A DNA stretch of 64,000 nt from Mobula hypostoma (taxonomy: Eukaryota), in the NCBI RefSeq assembly GCF_963921235.1, contig NC_086097.1, positions 92,258,001 to 92,322,000 of the forward strand. Direction: 5' to 3'. Shown here piece after piece: positions 24,393 through 37,522 of this stretch. Both the position numbers and the translations under genes were made by a program. The notes under the pieces are model-generated. The model was not told where the DNA came from. It ran no database searches and was given only the letters and a program-made list of their open reading frames with translations. Positions within the stretch are counted from its first letter, which is position 1. Every line of letters starts with the position of its first letter.

Positions 24393-26365
24393 AATTTTCA
24401 TAACTCGCATTCCGCTGGTTTTTTCAATATGGATTATTCACTTGAACTCAATGCTCTTACAAGAACACAACCAGTAACCGATGACAGGTACTTGGAAGAA
24501 CTAACACTGTGGATGCAAGGTATTAGTATTCATTTTTTAAACTGCTTTATTGTGCATGGGATGGTATTGCAGAGCTTTCCTGGAAAATACATTGATCTTC
24601 CACAGCTGCTTTTGTAAAAGCCATTCATTATTGACATTGCAGTTGATTTCCTGAATAGCAATTGTTAAAATAAGAACTGGGACACACTGGAATGGTTCTG
24701 TAAAAAAATGGGAATCCTCAACAGAAACAAAAGCTTGGATTGTCAAAATTAGGAAGTTACAATAAACCTTTATCACTTACTGCTTAACTTCAGCTTGCAC
24801 TTAACCGACTGCGGGCATCAATCTGTAGAAGGTATAGCAAAGCTTTGGAGGGTGCAGAATAAGTTTATCAAAATAGTGCTGGGGATGAGGGATTTCAGTT
24901 AGTCTAGTGAATCCAGAACTATTATGGTGACGGCAAAGAAGATTAATTATGATTTTATAAAGGAAGGAGTTTGAGGGATTTTTCACAGTAGAAAAGATTA
25001 AGTATATGACAATAAAAATGGATTGGCCAAGATCTTAATTCTATGAGTTGTTATAATCTGGAATCCATTAATGGGTGTGGTAGCAAAAGTTTCAAAAGGG
25101 AATTGGACAAGTTCTTGGAAATGAACGTTGTGAACTATGAACAGAGAACAGGGCATAGGAATAAATTTTTAAAGTTCAGGGACAGACTGCTGAAACCAAT
25201 AACAAAAGAAATCCTTGGCTCCTCGACTGTGCAAGCTAAAAGAAAGTACAAAGGACATTTAAAGTACAATTATTGGCTAATTAATCACACCTCACATTCC
25301 ATCTTAAATGGTGAAATCTTCAGAATGGTCATTTTCAATCCAGAAAAGCAAAATGTACAGGAATGCAAGAGGCTGCAGAAATTTGTGGACTCAGCCAACT
25401 CCAGCACAGGTATAATCCTTGCTTCCATCGAAGACATCTTCAAAAGGCAGTACCTCAAGAAGATGACATCCATCATTAAGGGCATTCACCATACAGAACA
25501 TATTTGCTGCTCATTACTACCATTAGGGGGTGGTACAAGAGCCTGAATACACACAATTATTTTAGGAACAGTTTCTTCCTCTCTGCCATCATATCTCTGA
25601 ATGGTCCTTGTACCCATGAATACTACCTCATTATTCCATTTTTTTTTTGCAACTTATAGTAATTTAATATCTTTGCATTGTGCTGCTGCCCAAAACAACA
25701 GATTTTACATTATACACATCAGTAATAATAAATCCGATTCACCATTGACATTACAGCCACATTCCCCATTTCACTTCCAAATATTTTCATTTCTAGAGCC
25801 AAAGTCTCCTTCAATAGCCAAAAATATTTAGATAAATTTATTCTTGCAGGGAAGATTCCTGCCTGCAGCCAGTCTTGAAAGGACACAAGAAAGAGATGCC
25901 TTGAGCAGAAAGCCTGGCTCAGTAAAACATTGAATAAAGCTTCCTTTCATATTTATTATTGGGAACTCGTTTGAAGGCGAACTCTAAATAAACAGAAACA
26001 GCACCATGTTTTAGGTGGATGTACAAAGGTCCGGTGCAATTCATTTTATTTTGGATTATTCTGGGCTCCAAGTTCTTCTGAAAATTATTAATAAGTTTTT
26101 ACTCACAAATACTTTAAAAAAATTAATGATTGCATAATTTGCCATTTGAGGAAAGTGGTTCCAAGCATGGCATTTATCACAATGTATGACAGCACTTCCT
26201 GACTTTACCGCCAAAGGACCTGGAACTTCATCAACAAACAATCCGCTGGAAGAACTCAGAAGTCAAGCAGTATCGGTTGATCTGGATCTTAAGCTGGATT
26301 TTATAACCGCAGCCCCCATTAACAAAACAAAATACAACCTGATACTGTTCTTTATCTAACCAGAG

Positions 26366-28590
26366 GAGTCAGAATCAGGTTTATTATCACTAATATATGT
26401 CAGAAGTCTGTTGTTTTGTGGCAGATGTACAGTGCAATACATAAAAAATTACAATGTACGACATATAAAATATAAATACAAAATAAGCAGTGCAAAATGT
26501 CCATGGACCATTCCATCATTAGCAGTGATCACTCGTAGTTGGGTATGATTCTTCTCCTGGTGGTTGATCTGGTCCCTTTGGGACTTCAGAGGTTGATCCA
26601 TGATCTACAAGTCCTATTGCAATGTTGGCACGTGTAGGTCATTGAAGCGGTAGTGGATTATTCTGGTTGGGCCTTTCCCAGTCTCTCCTTACACTGAAGC
26701 TATCTAGTCTCAGTGGCAGAGTGGAGATATTCTTTGAACTGTGAATTGCCTCATAGATGGTCTCGCTCCAGCTTTCCCTAACCGGCGCTAATTTCTCCCA
26801 CACATTCAGGTTGATGTGGCACTTCCTCAGGTGGGTCCTGAACTGCTTTTTCTGCCCTCCAAGAGTGTGCGTTGTATCCTTGAGTTGGCCGAACAGGAGT
26901 TGTTTAGTGAGGTGGGAGTCAGGCATATGGATAATGTGGCCGACCCATCGCAATTGGTGTTGAAATCACGATTGTGGAATATGGAGTTAATGTTAGCTTC
27001 CTCTAGGATGCTGGAGTTCATACACCTATTCTTCCAGCTAACTCTCAGAATCTTTCAAAAGCATCTTTGATGGTAAGTTTCTAGGGATTTTATGTTCCTA
27101 CTGTATGTTGTCCATTACTCCGCTCCATATAGCAAGCAGGGGAGGACTATAGCTTTATAGACCATAAGCTTAGTGTTGGTCTGATACTCCGATCTTCAAA
27201 AACCCTCTTTCTCAGCCTGGCAAAATCGCCACTCGCAAGCCTATTCTGCAATTTATTTCAAGGTCAACGTTGGCTCTTGAAGAAAGACGGCCGCCAAGAT
27301 ATAGGAAATGATCAGTTCTCTCCGCTGAAGGAGGACACTAATAAACCTCATAGTATCAAAGATGGCTTGCAAGAAATTGAGGAACAGCAAGGTCACTAGG
27401 CCTGATGGAATTCCAGCAGAAATCCTCAAGGAAGGTGGCACTGAACTTTTAGACCATATTCAGTACCTATTTGTCAAGACCTGGGACCAGCAGAAGATTC
27501 CAGCTGAACTCAGGGATGTCCTGACTGTCACACTCTTCACAAAGGGGTGACAAAGCTGACTGCAGAAATTATAGCGGCATCTCTCGCCGCTCCAAAACAG
27601 GAAAGGTACTCACCCGAATTTTATGTCACCATCTTTCACCTCTGGCAGAAGATCTCCTGCCTGAGTCTCAGTGTGGCTTCCATTCAGGCAGAGGAGCATC
27701 TGACATGATTGTTTTCCTCAAGTCAATTGCAGGAGAAAGCCCAGGAACAAAATCTCCCATTTTATGTAGCCTTCGTAGACCTTGCAAAAGCACATGACTC
27801 TGCAAATCATCCCACCCTTTGGCAGGTACTATCCAAATTTGGTGTGCAGAGAAATACCTCAAGATCCTTCAGCTCTAACACGATGATATGAGTGCAACAG
27901 CACCTTTCAAGGTTGCGAACAGGGTCAACCAGGGTGCATCATTGCCCCAACTCTGTTTGCTGTTTTCATTGCAACTATTCTTCATCTCACAGATCAAGAC
28001 CTCCCACAATGAGTTCAGATTCCCTATAGGACAGATGGGGGATTCTTTAACCTTAACAGGTTCAGGGCAAAGAGTAAGGTGTCAACTACTTCCATCATGG
28101 AGCTCCAATATGCAGACGACCATTCAGAAATCTGATGACAGAAGGGAAGAAGCTGTTCCTAAAACATTGAGTGTGCATCTTCAGGCTCCTGTAATTCTTC
28201 CCTGATGGTAGTAATACAAAGATGGCATCTCCTGGATGGTGAGGGTCCTTAATGATAGATGCCATCTTCTTGAGGCATGGCTATTTGAAAATGTTTTCTA
28301 TGCTGGGAAGGCTAGTGCCCATGATGGAGCTGGCTGAGTTTATGACCCTCTGCAGCTTTTTCTGATCCTGTGCATTGGTGCTTCCATCCCAGATGAAGAT
28401 GCAATCAGTCAGAAATCTGCTGTCTTTGGTGCCATGATACATCTTCAGAGATGTTGATACCCAGGAACTTGAAGCTGCTCACCCTTTTCACTGATGATCC
28501 TTCAATGATGACTGATGTGTGTTCCCTTGATATCCCCTCCTGAAGTCCACACTTAGTCTTACTGACCTGGTACGGTTGTTACAATACCAC
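26366..28590 (-). mobile_element. Rex1/Babar-like LINE 3' portion, split by the RTE insertion
   Basis: (TCAGAA)n tail at 26366. The antisense C-terminal ORF resumes at 28126 after the TSD. Confidence 0.65.
26514..28117 (-). mobile_element. RTE-clade LINE with inverted 5' segment
   Basis: Minus 26514-27260: LLYGAE.W, QLRWVGH..MPD..KQLLFGQL. Plus 27265-28117: PDGIPAEILKEGG, LPESQCGF, AFVDLAKA.D, LQYADD. TSD GACCATTC at 26506-26513 and 28118-28125. Confidence 0.85.
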
Positions 28591-29961
28591 TCAGCCACTG
28601 TGAGCTATCCTGATTCATGAGCCAGCCTTCATTATGGGAGCAGAGGCGGTGAGGCTCAGTAGCTATGTGTTCCTTGGTGTTAACATACCAGAGGATCTGA
28701 TCTAGAATCAGCAACAAGGGCCATCACAAAGGTGGCACGACAGCACCTCTGCTTTCTTAGGTTTGCATAGTTTCCACATGTCGCCAAAAATGTTCACAAA
28801 CTTCTGTAGATGCACAGTGGAGAGCACCCCAACTGGCTGCATCATGGCCTGGTATGGGAAGACCAAAGCCCATGATGGATGCTATGTGAGGTGGTGGATA
28901 CAGCCCAGTGCATCACAGGTGAAGCCTCCTCCCTATCACTGAGCATATGAAATGCTGCCACAAGAAAGCAGTGTCCAAAGACACCCCCCCCCACCACGCC
29001 CGACGACTTTTGGGCAGAAGGAATAGAAACCTTAGGTGCTACACCACCAGGTTCAGGAACATTTATTACCCTACAAACAACAGAATCGTGAACTGGTGTG
29101 GATAACTTAATTCCCCACTATTCTGGACCGATTCCATGACCTACACCCTCACCTCCAGGGACCCTTTATAATTCATACTCTCAGTATGACATTTTATTTG
29201 CAGTTTGTTTTTTGCATATTGGTTGCTTGTCAATCTTTGTATGTTTTTTGTAAAATTCTATTGACCATGAGACATGGGGCATTGGCCCACTGAGTCTGCT
29301 CTGCCATCATGGCAGACTTATCATCCCTCTCAGCCCCATTCTTCTACTTTCTCCTCATAACATTTGTTGCTCTGACTAATCAAGAACCTATCCAACCTCT
29401 GCTTTAAACTCATCCGATGACTCGACCTCCACAGCCATTTTATGGCAATGAATTCCACAGATTCACCACCCTCTAACTAACAAAATTACTTCTCATCTCT
29501 GTACTAAATGAACATTCCTCTATTTCGAGGCTGTGCCCTCCAGTCCTAGACTCCCCCAAAACTGGAAATATCCACTCCATCTAGGCCTTTCAATAGGTTA
29601 CAATGAGGTACCCCTTCATTCTTGGAAACCCCAGCAAGGACAGGCTCAGAGTCATAAAATGCTCCTCAATAATTAACACTTTCATTCCCAGAATCATTTT
29701 CGTGAACCTCCTATATACGCTGTTCAGCACGACTTTTCTTAGCCAAGGGGCCCAAAACTGCTCACACTTCTCCAGATGCAGTCAGAGTAATGGCTCATAA
29801 AGCCTCCGCATTACGTCCTTGTTTTTATATTCTAGTCCTCTCGATATGAATGCTAACATTCAATCTACTTTCCTTATCACCAACTCAATGCTGGAAGTTG
29901 ACTTTTAGGGAATCCTGCATGAAGACTCCCAAGACCCTTTGCACAGCTGATTTTTGAATTT

Positions 29962-31540
29962 ATACTTTTATACTTTATTGTCACCAAACAATTGGTACTA
30001 GAACATACAATCATCACAGTGATATTTAATTCTGAGCTTCCCGCTCCCTGGATTACAAATATTAAATATTTAAAATGTATTAAAAATTGTAAAAATTAGT
30101 AAATATTAAGAATTTAAGTTATAAATCATAAATAGAAAATAGAAAAATGGGAAGTAAGGTACTGCAAAAAAACCAAGAGGCAGGTCTGGATATTTGGAGG
30201 GTACGGCCCAGATCTGGGTCAGGATCCGTTCAGCAGTCTTATCACAGTTGGAAAGAAGCTGTTCCCAAATCTGGCCGTATGAGTCTCCAAGCTCCTGAGC
30301 CTTCTCCCGGAGGGAAGAGGGACGAAAAGTGTGTTGGCTGGGTGGGTCGTGCCCTTGATTACCCTGGCAGCACTGCTTCGACAGCGTACGGTGTAAAGTG
30401 AGTCCACGGACAGAAGATTAGTTTGTGTGATGTGCTGCGCTGTGGTCACGATCTTCTGCAGCTTCTTTCGGTCTTGGACAGGACAACTTCCATACCAGGT
30501 TGTGATGCACCCTAGAAGAATGCTTTCTACGGTGCATCTATAAAAATTAGTGAGGGTTTTAGGGGACAGGCCAAATTTCTTTAGTTTTCTCAGGAAGTAA
30601 AGGCGCTGGTGGGCCTTCTTGGCAGTGAACTCTGCTTGGTTGGACCAAGTCAGGTCATTTGTGATACTGACCCCGAGGAACTTAAAGCTTTTGACCTGTT
30701 CCACTTGCGCACCACCAATGTAAATTGGGTCGTGTGGTCCGCTACTCCTTCTGAAGTCAACAACCAAATTCCTTGTCTTGCCGACATTGAGGGATAGGTT
30801 ATTGTCTTCACACCATGCCACCAGGTTCTTAATTTCCTCTCTGTACTCAAACTCATCATTACCCGAGATACGGCCCACCATTGTTGTGTCATCAGCAAAC
30901 TTATATATTGAGCTTGATGGAAACTTGGCTACACAATCATGGGTGTACAGTGAGTACAGCAGAGGCTGAGTACACAGCCTTGTGGGGCACCAGTGCTCAG
31001 AGTGATTGTAGAGGAGAGCTTGTCCCCTATTTTTACAGCCTAGGTCCTGTCTGTGAGGAAGTTGAAGATCCAGCTGCAGATCTGAGTGCTAAGGCCCAGG
31101 TTCCGGAGCTTAGGAATCAGTTTATTTGGAATGATTGTATTAAAGGCAGAGCTGTAGTCAATGAAAAGGAGCCTTACATATGTGTCTTTATTCTCCAGTG
31201 TTCTAAGGAGGAATGTAGGGCCAGAGAGATGGCATCTGCCGTTGATCTGTTGCTCTGGTAGGCAAATTGCAAAGCGTCAAGATTGACTGGTAGACTGTGG
31301 TTGATGTGTGCCATAACCAACCTCTCGAAGCACTTCATAGCAATTGATGTCAGAGCCACAGGTCGATAGTCATTCAGGCATGCCATCTTGCTCTTCTTCA
31401 GCACTGCGATTATCATTGCCTTCTTAAAACACGAGGGGATCTTGGACTGAAGCAAGGAGCAGTTGAAGATGTCAGCAAACACTCCAGCTAGCTCGCTTGC
31501 ATAGGCCCGGAGAACCCGTCCCGGGACGCCATCCTGGGAC
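29962..31540 (-). mobile_element. Young 5'-truncated Rex1/Babar-like LINE
   Basis: CLNDYRPVALTSIAMKCFERL, KFADD, FKFLGVSITNDLTWS, KKAHQRLYFLRKL. Tail (TAAAGTA)n. GAATTT duplicated at 29956-29961 and 31541-31546. Confidence 0.88.
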
Positions 31541-31925
31541 GAATTTTCTCCCTGTTTAGAAAATAATCTATGCCTTTAATCTTGGGATCCAACGCTAAAC
31601 TGATTTTCCCAATCTACCTGCATATTGAAATCCTCCATGACTATCATAACATTGCCCTTTTTACATACCTTTTTTACCTCCCATTGTAATTTGTATCCCA
31701 TACCTTGGCTACTGTTTGAAGGCCTGTATAACTCCCATCAGGGTCTTTTTACTCCTGCAGTTTCTTAGCCCAACCCACAAGGATTCTACATCTCCTGATC
31801 CAATGTCATCCCTTTCTAAAGATTTGATTTCTTTTTTTTAAACTAAAAAAGTCACTCCACAACCTCTGCCCACCCGCCTGTCCTTTTGATACAATATACA
31901 TCCTTGGATGTTAAGCTCCCAACTA

Positions 31926-33527
31926 CAAACCCCATTTCCAGAAAAGTTGGGATATTTTCCAACATGCAATAAAAACAAAAATCTGTGATATGTTAATTCA
32001 CGTGAACTTTTATTTATCTGACAAAAGTACAAAGAAAAGATTTTCGATAGTTTTACTGACCAACTTAATTGTATTTTGTAAATATACAGAAATTTAGAAT
32101 TTGATGGCTGCAACACACTCAACAAAAGTTGGGACAGAGTTAAAATAAGATTGAAAAGTGTACAGAATATTCAAGTAACACCAGTTTGGAAGACTCCACA
32201 TTAAGCAGGCTAATTGGTAGCAGGTGAGGTATCATGACTGGGTATAAAAGTAGCATCCATCAAAGGCTAAGTCTTTGCAAGCAAGGATGGGTCATGGCTC
32301 ACCCCTTTGTGCCAAAATTCATGAGAGAATTGTTAGTCAGTTCAAAAGGAACATTTCTCAACGCAAGATTGCAGAGATTTTAGGTCTTTCAACATCTACA
32401 GTACATAATATTGTAAAAAGATTCAGAGAATTAGAGACATCTCAGTGCATAAAGGGCAAGGTCGGAAACCACCGGTGAATGCGAGTGATCTTCGAGCCCT
32501 CAGGCGGCACTGCCTAAGAAACCATCATGTTACTGTGACAATTATAGCCACCTGGGCTCGGGAATACTTCTGAAAACCATTGTTACTCAACACAGTCTGT
32601 CGCTGCATCCAGAAATGCAACTTGAAGCTGTATTATGCAAGGAGAAGCCATACATCAACTCTATGCAGAAACGCCAGTGAGTTCTCTGGGCCCGAGCTCA
32701 TCTCAGATGGACTGAAAGACTGTGGAACAGTGTACTGTGGTCAGATGAGTCCACATTTCAGCTAGTTTTTGGAAAAAATGGGCGTCGAGTTCTCCATGCC
32801 AAAGATGAAAATGACCATCCAGATTGTTATCAGCGAAAGGTGCAAAAGCCAGCATCTGTGATGGTATGGGGGTGCATCAGTGCCCACGGCATGGGTGAGT
32901 TGCATGTATGTGAAGGTACAATTGACTCTGAGGTGTATATTAGGATTTTAGAGAGACATATGTTGCCATCAAGGCGACGTCTCTTCCCAGGACGTCCATG
33001 CTTATTTCAGCTGGACAATGCCAGACCACATTCTGCACGGGCTACAACAGCGTGGCTTTGTAGACACAGAGTGCGTGTGCTTGACTGGCCTGCTGCCAGT
33101 CCAGATCTATCTCCTATTGAAAATGTATGGCGCATCATGAAGAGAAGAATCAGACAACGGAGACCACAGACTGTTGAGCAGCTGAAGTCTTATATCAAGC
33201 AAGAATGGACAAAATTTCCAATTGCAAATCTACTACAATTAGTATCCTCAGTTCCAAAACAATTAAAAACTGTTATTAAAAGGAAAGGTGATGTAACACA
33301 ATGGTAAACATGCCTCTGTCCCAACTTTTGTTGAATGTGTTACAGCCATCAAATTCTAAATTTGTGTATGTTTACAAAATACAATTAAGTTGGTCAGTAA
33401 AACTATTGAAAATCTTTTCTTTGTACTTTTGTCAGTTAAATAAAGGTTCACGTGAAGTAACATATCACAGATTTTTGTCTTTATTGCATTTTGGAAAATA
33501 TCCCAACTTTTCTGGAAATGGGGTTTG
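31926..33527 (+). mobile_element. Full-length Tc1 DNA transposon (about 1.6 kb) with about 210-bp IR/DR-type TIRs
   Basis: TA-CAAACCCCATTTCCAGAAAAGTTGGGA ... TCCCAACTTTTCTGGAAATGGGGTTTG-TA. Inner repeat AAAAGTTGGGAC. Confidence 0.95.
32287..33307 (+). pseudogene. Tc1 transposase (DD34E), disrupted by frameshifts and a stop
   Basis: HTH (SQRKIAEILGLSTSTVHNIVKRF), WSDES, VMVWGCI, FQLDNARPH, SPDLSPIENVW. 34 residues counted between the second D and E. Confidence 0.9.
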
Positions 33528-34600
33528 TATAATCTCCTTTCAGTCATGACTCAGTGATGCTCATAACATCGTACCTGCCGCTCTCTAACTGCGCTACAAG
33601 ATCATCTACCTTATTCCATATACTATGTGCATTCAAATATAACACCTGCAATCCTGTGTTCATCACCCTTTTCGATTTTGCCCCATGTTATATTTCAACT
33701 CATCCCAGTGAATTCAACTTTGTCCTTTCATCCACCTGTCCTTCCTCACAGTCTCACTACACACTGCATCTGTTGCACACCAACTGCTTCATCCTCAGCC
33801 CTATCAACTCGGTTCCCAACCCTGGCCGAATTAGTTTAAACCATCCCAGCAGCTCTAGTGAACCTGCCACAATGACATTGGTCCCCTTCGGGTTCAGGTG
33901 GAACCTGTCCTTGTTGTGCAGGTCAGGCCTTCTCCACAGGAAATCCCAATGATCCGGAAATCAGCCCCACATTCAACTGCCAAATCATCCTATTCTTATT
34001 CTCACAGGCATGTCCAGAGACTATTACCCCAGAGGTCCTGCTTTTCAAATTTCTACTTAACTCACTATATTCTTTCTTCAGGACCTCATCCCTTTTCATA
34101 CCCATGTTGTTGGTACCAGTATGTACCACGACTTCTCGCTGTTCCACTCCCTCTTTGGAATGCTGTGGACCCAGTCAGACACATCTCGGACCCTGCCACC
34201 TGGGAGGCAACATACCATCCAGGTGTCTCTTTCACGTCCACAGATTCTCCTGTCTGCTCCTCAGCTATGGAATCCCCTATCACTACTGCACTCCTCTTCT
34301 CCCCCTTCCTTTCTGAGCATCAGAACTAGGCTGAGTACCAGAGACCCAGTCGCTGTGGCTTCCCCCAGTAGGTCGGCCCTCCTACAGTATTCAAAGTGTT
34401 ATTATTATTATTGTTATTAAGGGGAACTTGCTCCAGGGGTACTCTTCTCTGGCTGTCCACCTACCTGCCTCCTGCTACTCAGGAATTGCTGCATCCCTAT
34501 AGCTCTTATCTATTCTCCCATATGAGTGGAATATCAGCCAGATGCAGCTCGATACACTTCATACAGATGTAGTTATCAGGGAGACTGGAGGTCTCCCAGT

Positions 34601-35205
34601 TAGGATTGCCAACTTATTCACTTCCAAATAAGGGACAAAAGTAGCAGTCAAATATGGGACATTTGTGTTTACCCCGAGAAAGACTACCATGACCATGAAG
34701 CCTTGTGTGGGCACCTGTGTGCACATGTGTGACGTGCGCATACGTGATATGCGCATACGTGACATGCGCATACGTGACATGCGCATACGTGACGTGCGCA
34801 TGTGTGTACATGCTGTTTTATTTCTACAAATCAGTTTTGGCTTAACCTTCCTGATTCTGTGAAGTGAAACTACACTGTACATACATTATTTCTACTTTAT
34901 ATAGGCTGTGTATTTATCACATCATTCTTGCTTTTACTATATGTTAGTGTGATTTTAGGTTTTATGTGTTATTTGGTATGATTTGGTAGGTTATTTTTTG
35001 GGTCTGGGAACACTCAAAAATTTTTCCCATATAAATTAATGGTAATTGCTTCTTCGCTTTATGCCATTTTGGCTTACGAACAGTTTCATAGGAACGCTCT
35101 ACCTTAGCAGGGGAAATACGGGACAAGGGCGGTCCCGTATAGGACAAACCAATTTAGCCCAATATACGGGATGTCCCGGCTAATACAGGACAGTTGGCAA
35201 CCCTG
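34601..35205. mobile_element. hAT-type MITE (605 bp)
   Basis: TIRs TAGGATTGCCAACT / AGTTGGCAACCCTG. 8-bp TSD CTCCCAGT at 34593-34600 and 35206-35213. Confidence 0.9.
34728..34802. repeat. 15-bp tandem repeat (GTGACRTGCGCATAC) x about 5
   Basis: Directly visible; it generates the spurious MRIRD/YAHVT repeat ORFs. Confidence 0.9.
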
Positions 35206-36285
35206 CTCCCAGTGTTCCCACCTCTGACATGAAGAACATACCACTAACCCTGGATACATTCTCAATGCATTAGCTATGTCCTAATAGACAAAAAAAAGAG
35301 AAAAAAAACTTACTTCAGACCTCCGCCTGTTCTCCCAAATCCTGCCACTCCGGCAACATCTGTTTCCACGACGGCTACTCTGTTGTCACCTTGCATTTTC
35401 TCCCCCATTTGGTCCTTGCTAAGTTACTAACAACCCAAGCAACCACCTGCTCCGCACTCAAGTTGTGACAGGCCTTGTTCGCTTTTGAAAACTGGCACGT
35501 AAACTCCACGAGGAACTGTCACCAACCCTCTCTGCCAAAAGAAATTGTAGTTCTTTTTCCCTCTGTAAATAGCTGAAAGAAAAGGAATATCAAGTGTGTA
35601 TATGCCAGCAAATTTGTTAATTGATTTACTTTGAAACTTTCAGTCAGCCTCCTTGTAACTTGTTTAGAATTAAGCAATATCTGCGTTATTTCCGGTTTAA
35701 GGTGTATGCTTGGAACCACTACTGCGTTGGTGCTCCAAAGATGTTTGCAAAGTGACAGCATAACTTCTACCTATTTGCATCCAGGTAGAACAGTAGCATT
35801 CCAGAAGTTTATTTAAGTGCAAGTAATGAGTATAAGATATGGTAATGTCTTTTAATACAATGGTGTACCAGGCACTGCTTGAGATTTACTACCTTCAATA
35901 AGCGAGGCTCTACCTTAATTTTGCCCTTGCAAACAACAACACAGAAGAACCTATAAACACAACTCTTTTAGCCTTTTTCCTATTACTTGCATCCCTCCAT
36001 GTTACTTTAGCAACCCATCGACCTCAATCCCTAGCTGTCTTGGCATTGCCACTGTCTTACCAATTCCCACCTTATAAAAGGAAAGTATTATTTCCTTTAC
36101 AAATCCAAAATGGACGATCTCCCATTTGCCCGCACCGAAATCTATTTATCATAGTTTTCCCTATTTGTTTAATCAGTTGATAACTGTTCAAAATTTAATG
36201 CTCTCGCCTACATTGCTTTTTTTGCAACATCAACCAACTTGAGTATGCAACTTTCTACTCAATTATCTATATCATATATAAATAC

Positions 36286-36456
36286 GTTACATTGTTCGTC
36301 CATCATTGACGTCGATGAGGACCTCGACACCATTATGATGGTGTCGAGACTAGGGCGTGATTTGGATTTAAGTGAGGGAGAGTTGCGCAGCGTCAGCCTC
36401 ACTCTCTCTTCCCAATTCCCATCTGGGTCCAGTGGCAAGACAGAGTCTAGACGGTG
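36286..36456 (-). mobile_element. RTE-type 3' tail fragment with 11-bp stem-loop
   Basis: CTCGACACCAT-TATG-ATGGTGTCGAG hairpin. AATAC duplicated on both sides within an old antisense LINE. Confidence 0.55.
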
Positions 36457-37191
36457 AATACAGTGAACAATTGAAACCCCGGTTCAGATCCATGCAGGAC
36501 ATTATGTTCATATCTTACCACAGCTGTTATCCCTATCTACCTATAAACCTTAAACATCTCCTGGTGCTTAGCAAATTTCTTAAATGAACCAGCAATCTGC
36601 TTTCAGTTCCATGAGTTTTAACTTTTGGTAGCTCCATTACACAAGACTTAATCAAACACCTTCTGAAAATATGCTCCAAATATCCACAGGCAGCCACCAT
36701 TGAAAATGAAAGAAGTGCAGATGCTGGAAATCTGAAAGGAGAAATGACGTGAAGCTCCTCAGCAACGAATGTGTGTGGAAAGACAAACAGAGTTAACGTA
36801 ACTTTGAGTTACACAAACTAAATGCTTCATCAGCATCTCAGCTCGGAACATCAACTTTCCACGATGCTGCCTGACATGCTGAGTTCTTCCAGCATTTTGT
36901 ATGTGTTACTCCAGATATCCAGTATCTACAAAATCTCTTGTGTTTACATAACCTCTGTTCTTCAGACTGCAGTGTTGACACTGTTGCTCTTTCTACAGAT
37001 GCCCGAACTGTTGAGTGTTTTCAACATTTTGTATTATTACCCCTGTCCACTCCTTTAGTCTGCTCCAAAAAGAGTGTGTATATAATGGTACGCAAACACG
37101 AGGAATTCTGCAGATGCTGGAAATTCAAGCAACACACATCAAACTTGCTGGTGAACGCAGCAGGTCGGGCAGCATCTCTAGGAAGAGGTAC

Positions 37192-37227
37192 AGTCGACGT
37201 TTCAGGCCAGGACCCTTCGTCAGGACT
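37192..37227 (-). ncRNA. Minimal type-I hammerhead ribozyme motif (left arm)
   Basis: Reverse complement reads AGTC-CTGACGA-AGGGTCCTGGCCT-GAAAC-GTC-GACT. Confidence 0.72.
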
Positions 37228-37522
37228 AACTGAAAGAAGAGCTAGTAAGAGATTTGAAAGTGGGAGGGGGAGGGAGAGATCCAAAATGATAGGAGAAGAC
37301 AGGACGGGGAGGGATGGAGCCAAGAGCTGGACAGGTGATTGGCAAAGGGGAAGGGGATATGAGAGGATCATGGGACAGGAGGCCCAGGCAGAAGGAAAAG
37401 AGGGAGGGGGGGAAACCCAGAGGATGGGCAAGGGGTATAGTCAGAGGGACAGAGGGAGAGAAAGGAGAGTGAGAGAAAGAACATGCGTAATAACGCACGG
37501 GGTAAGAGGGGGAGTTGGGGCA

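Larger units (their letters stand above)
29265..35330 (-). mobile_element. Internally deleted CR1 LINE with ORF1 esterase remnant, hosting three nested insertions
   Basis: 3' UTR and RT C-terminus at 29265-29960, EN N-terminus at 31590-33650, SGNH-like IGDS and VVVHTGTNN at about 33920-34285. Confidence 0.75.

Noticed and set aside
24781..24822. 42-bp minus-strand segment between CTACAG and GTAAGT
   Set aside because: Stops in all three frames and nothing else supports an exon; could only be non-coding.
34559..34882. Repetitive ORFs (MRIRD / YAHVT / RMRMS) or a CRISPR-like array
   Set aside because: These are translations of a 15-bp head-to-tail tandem repeat in a MITE, with no spacers and a eukaryotic context.
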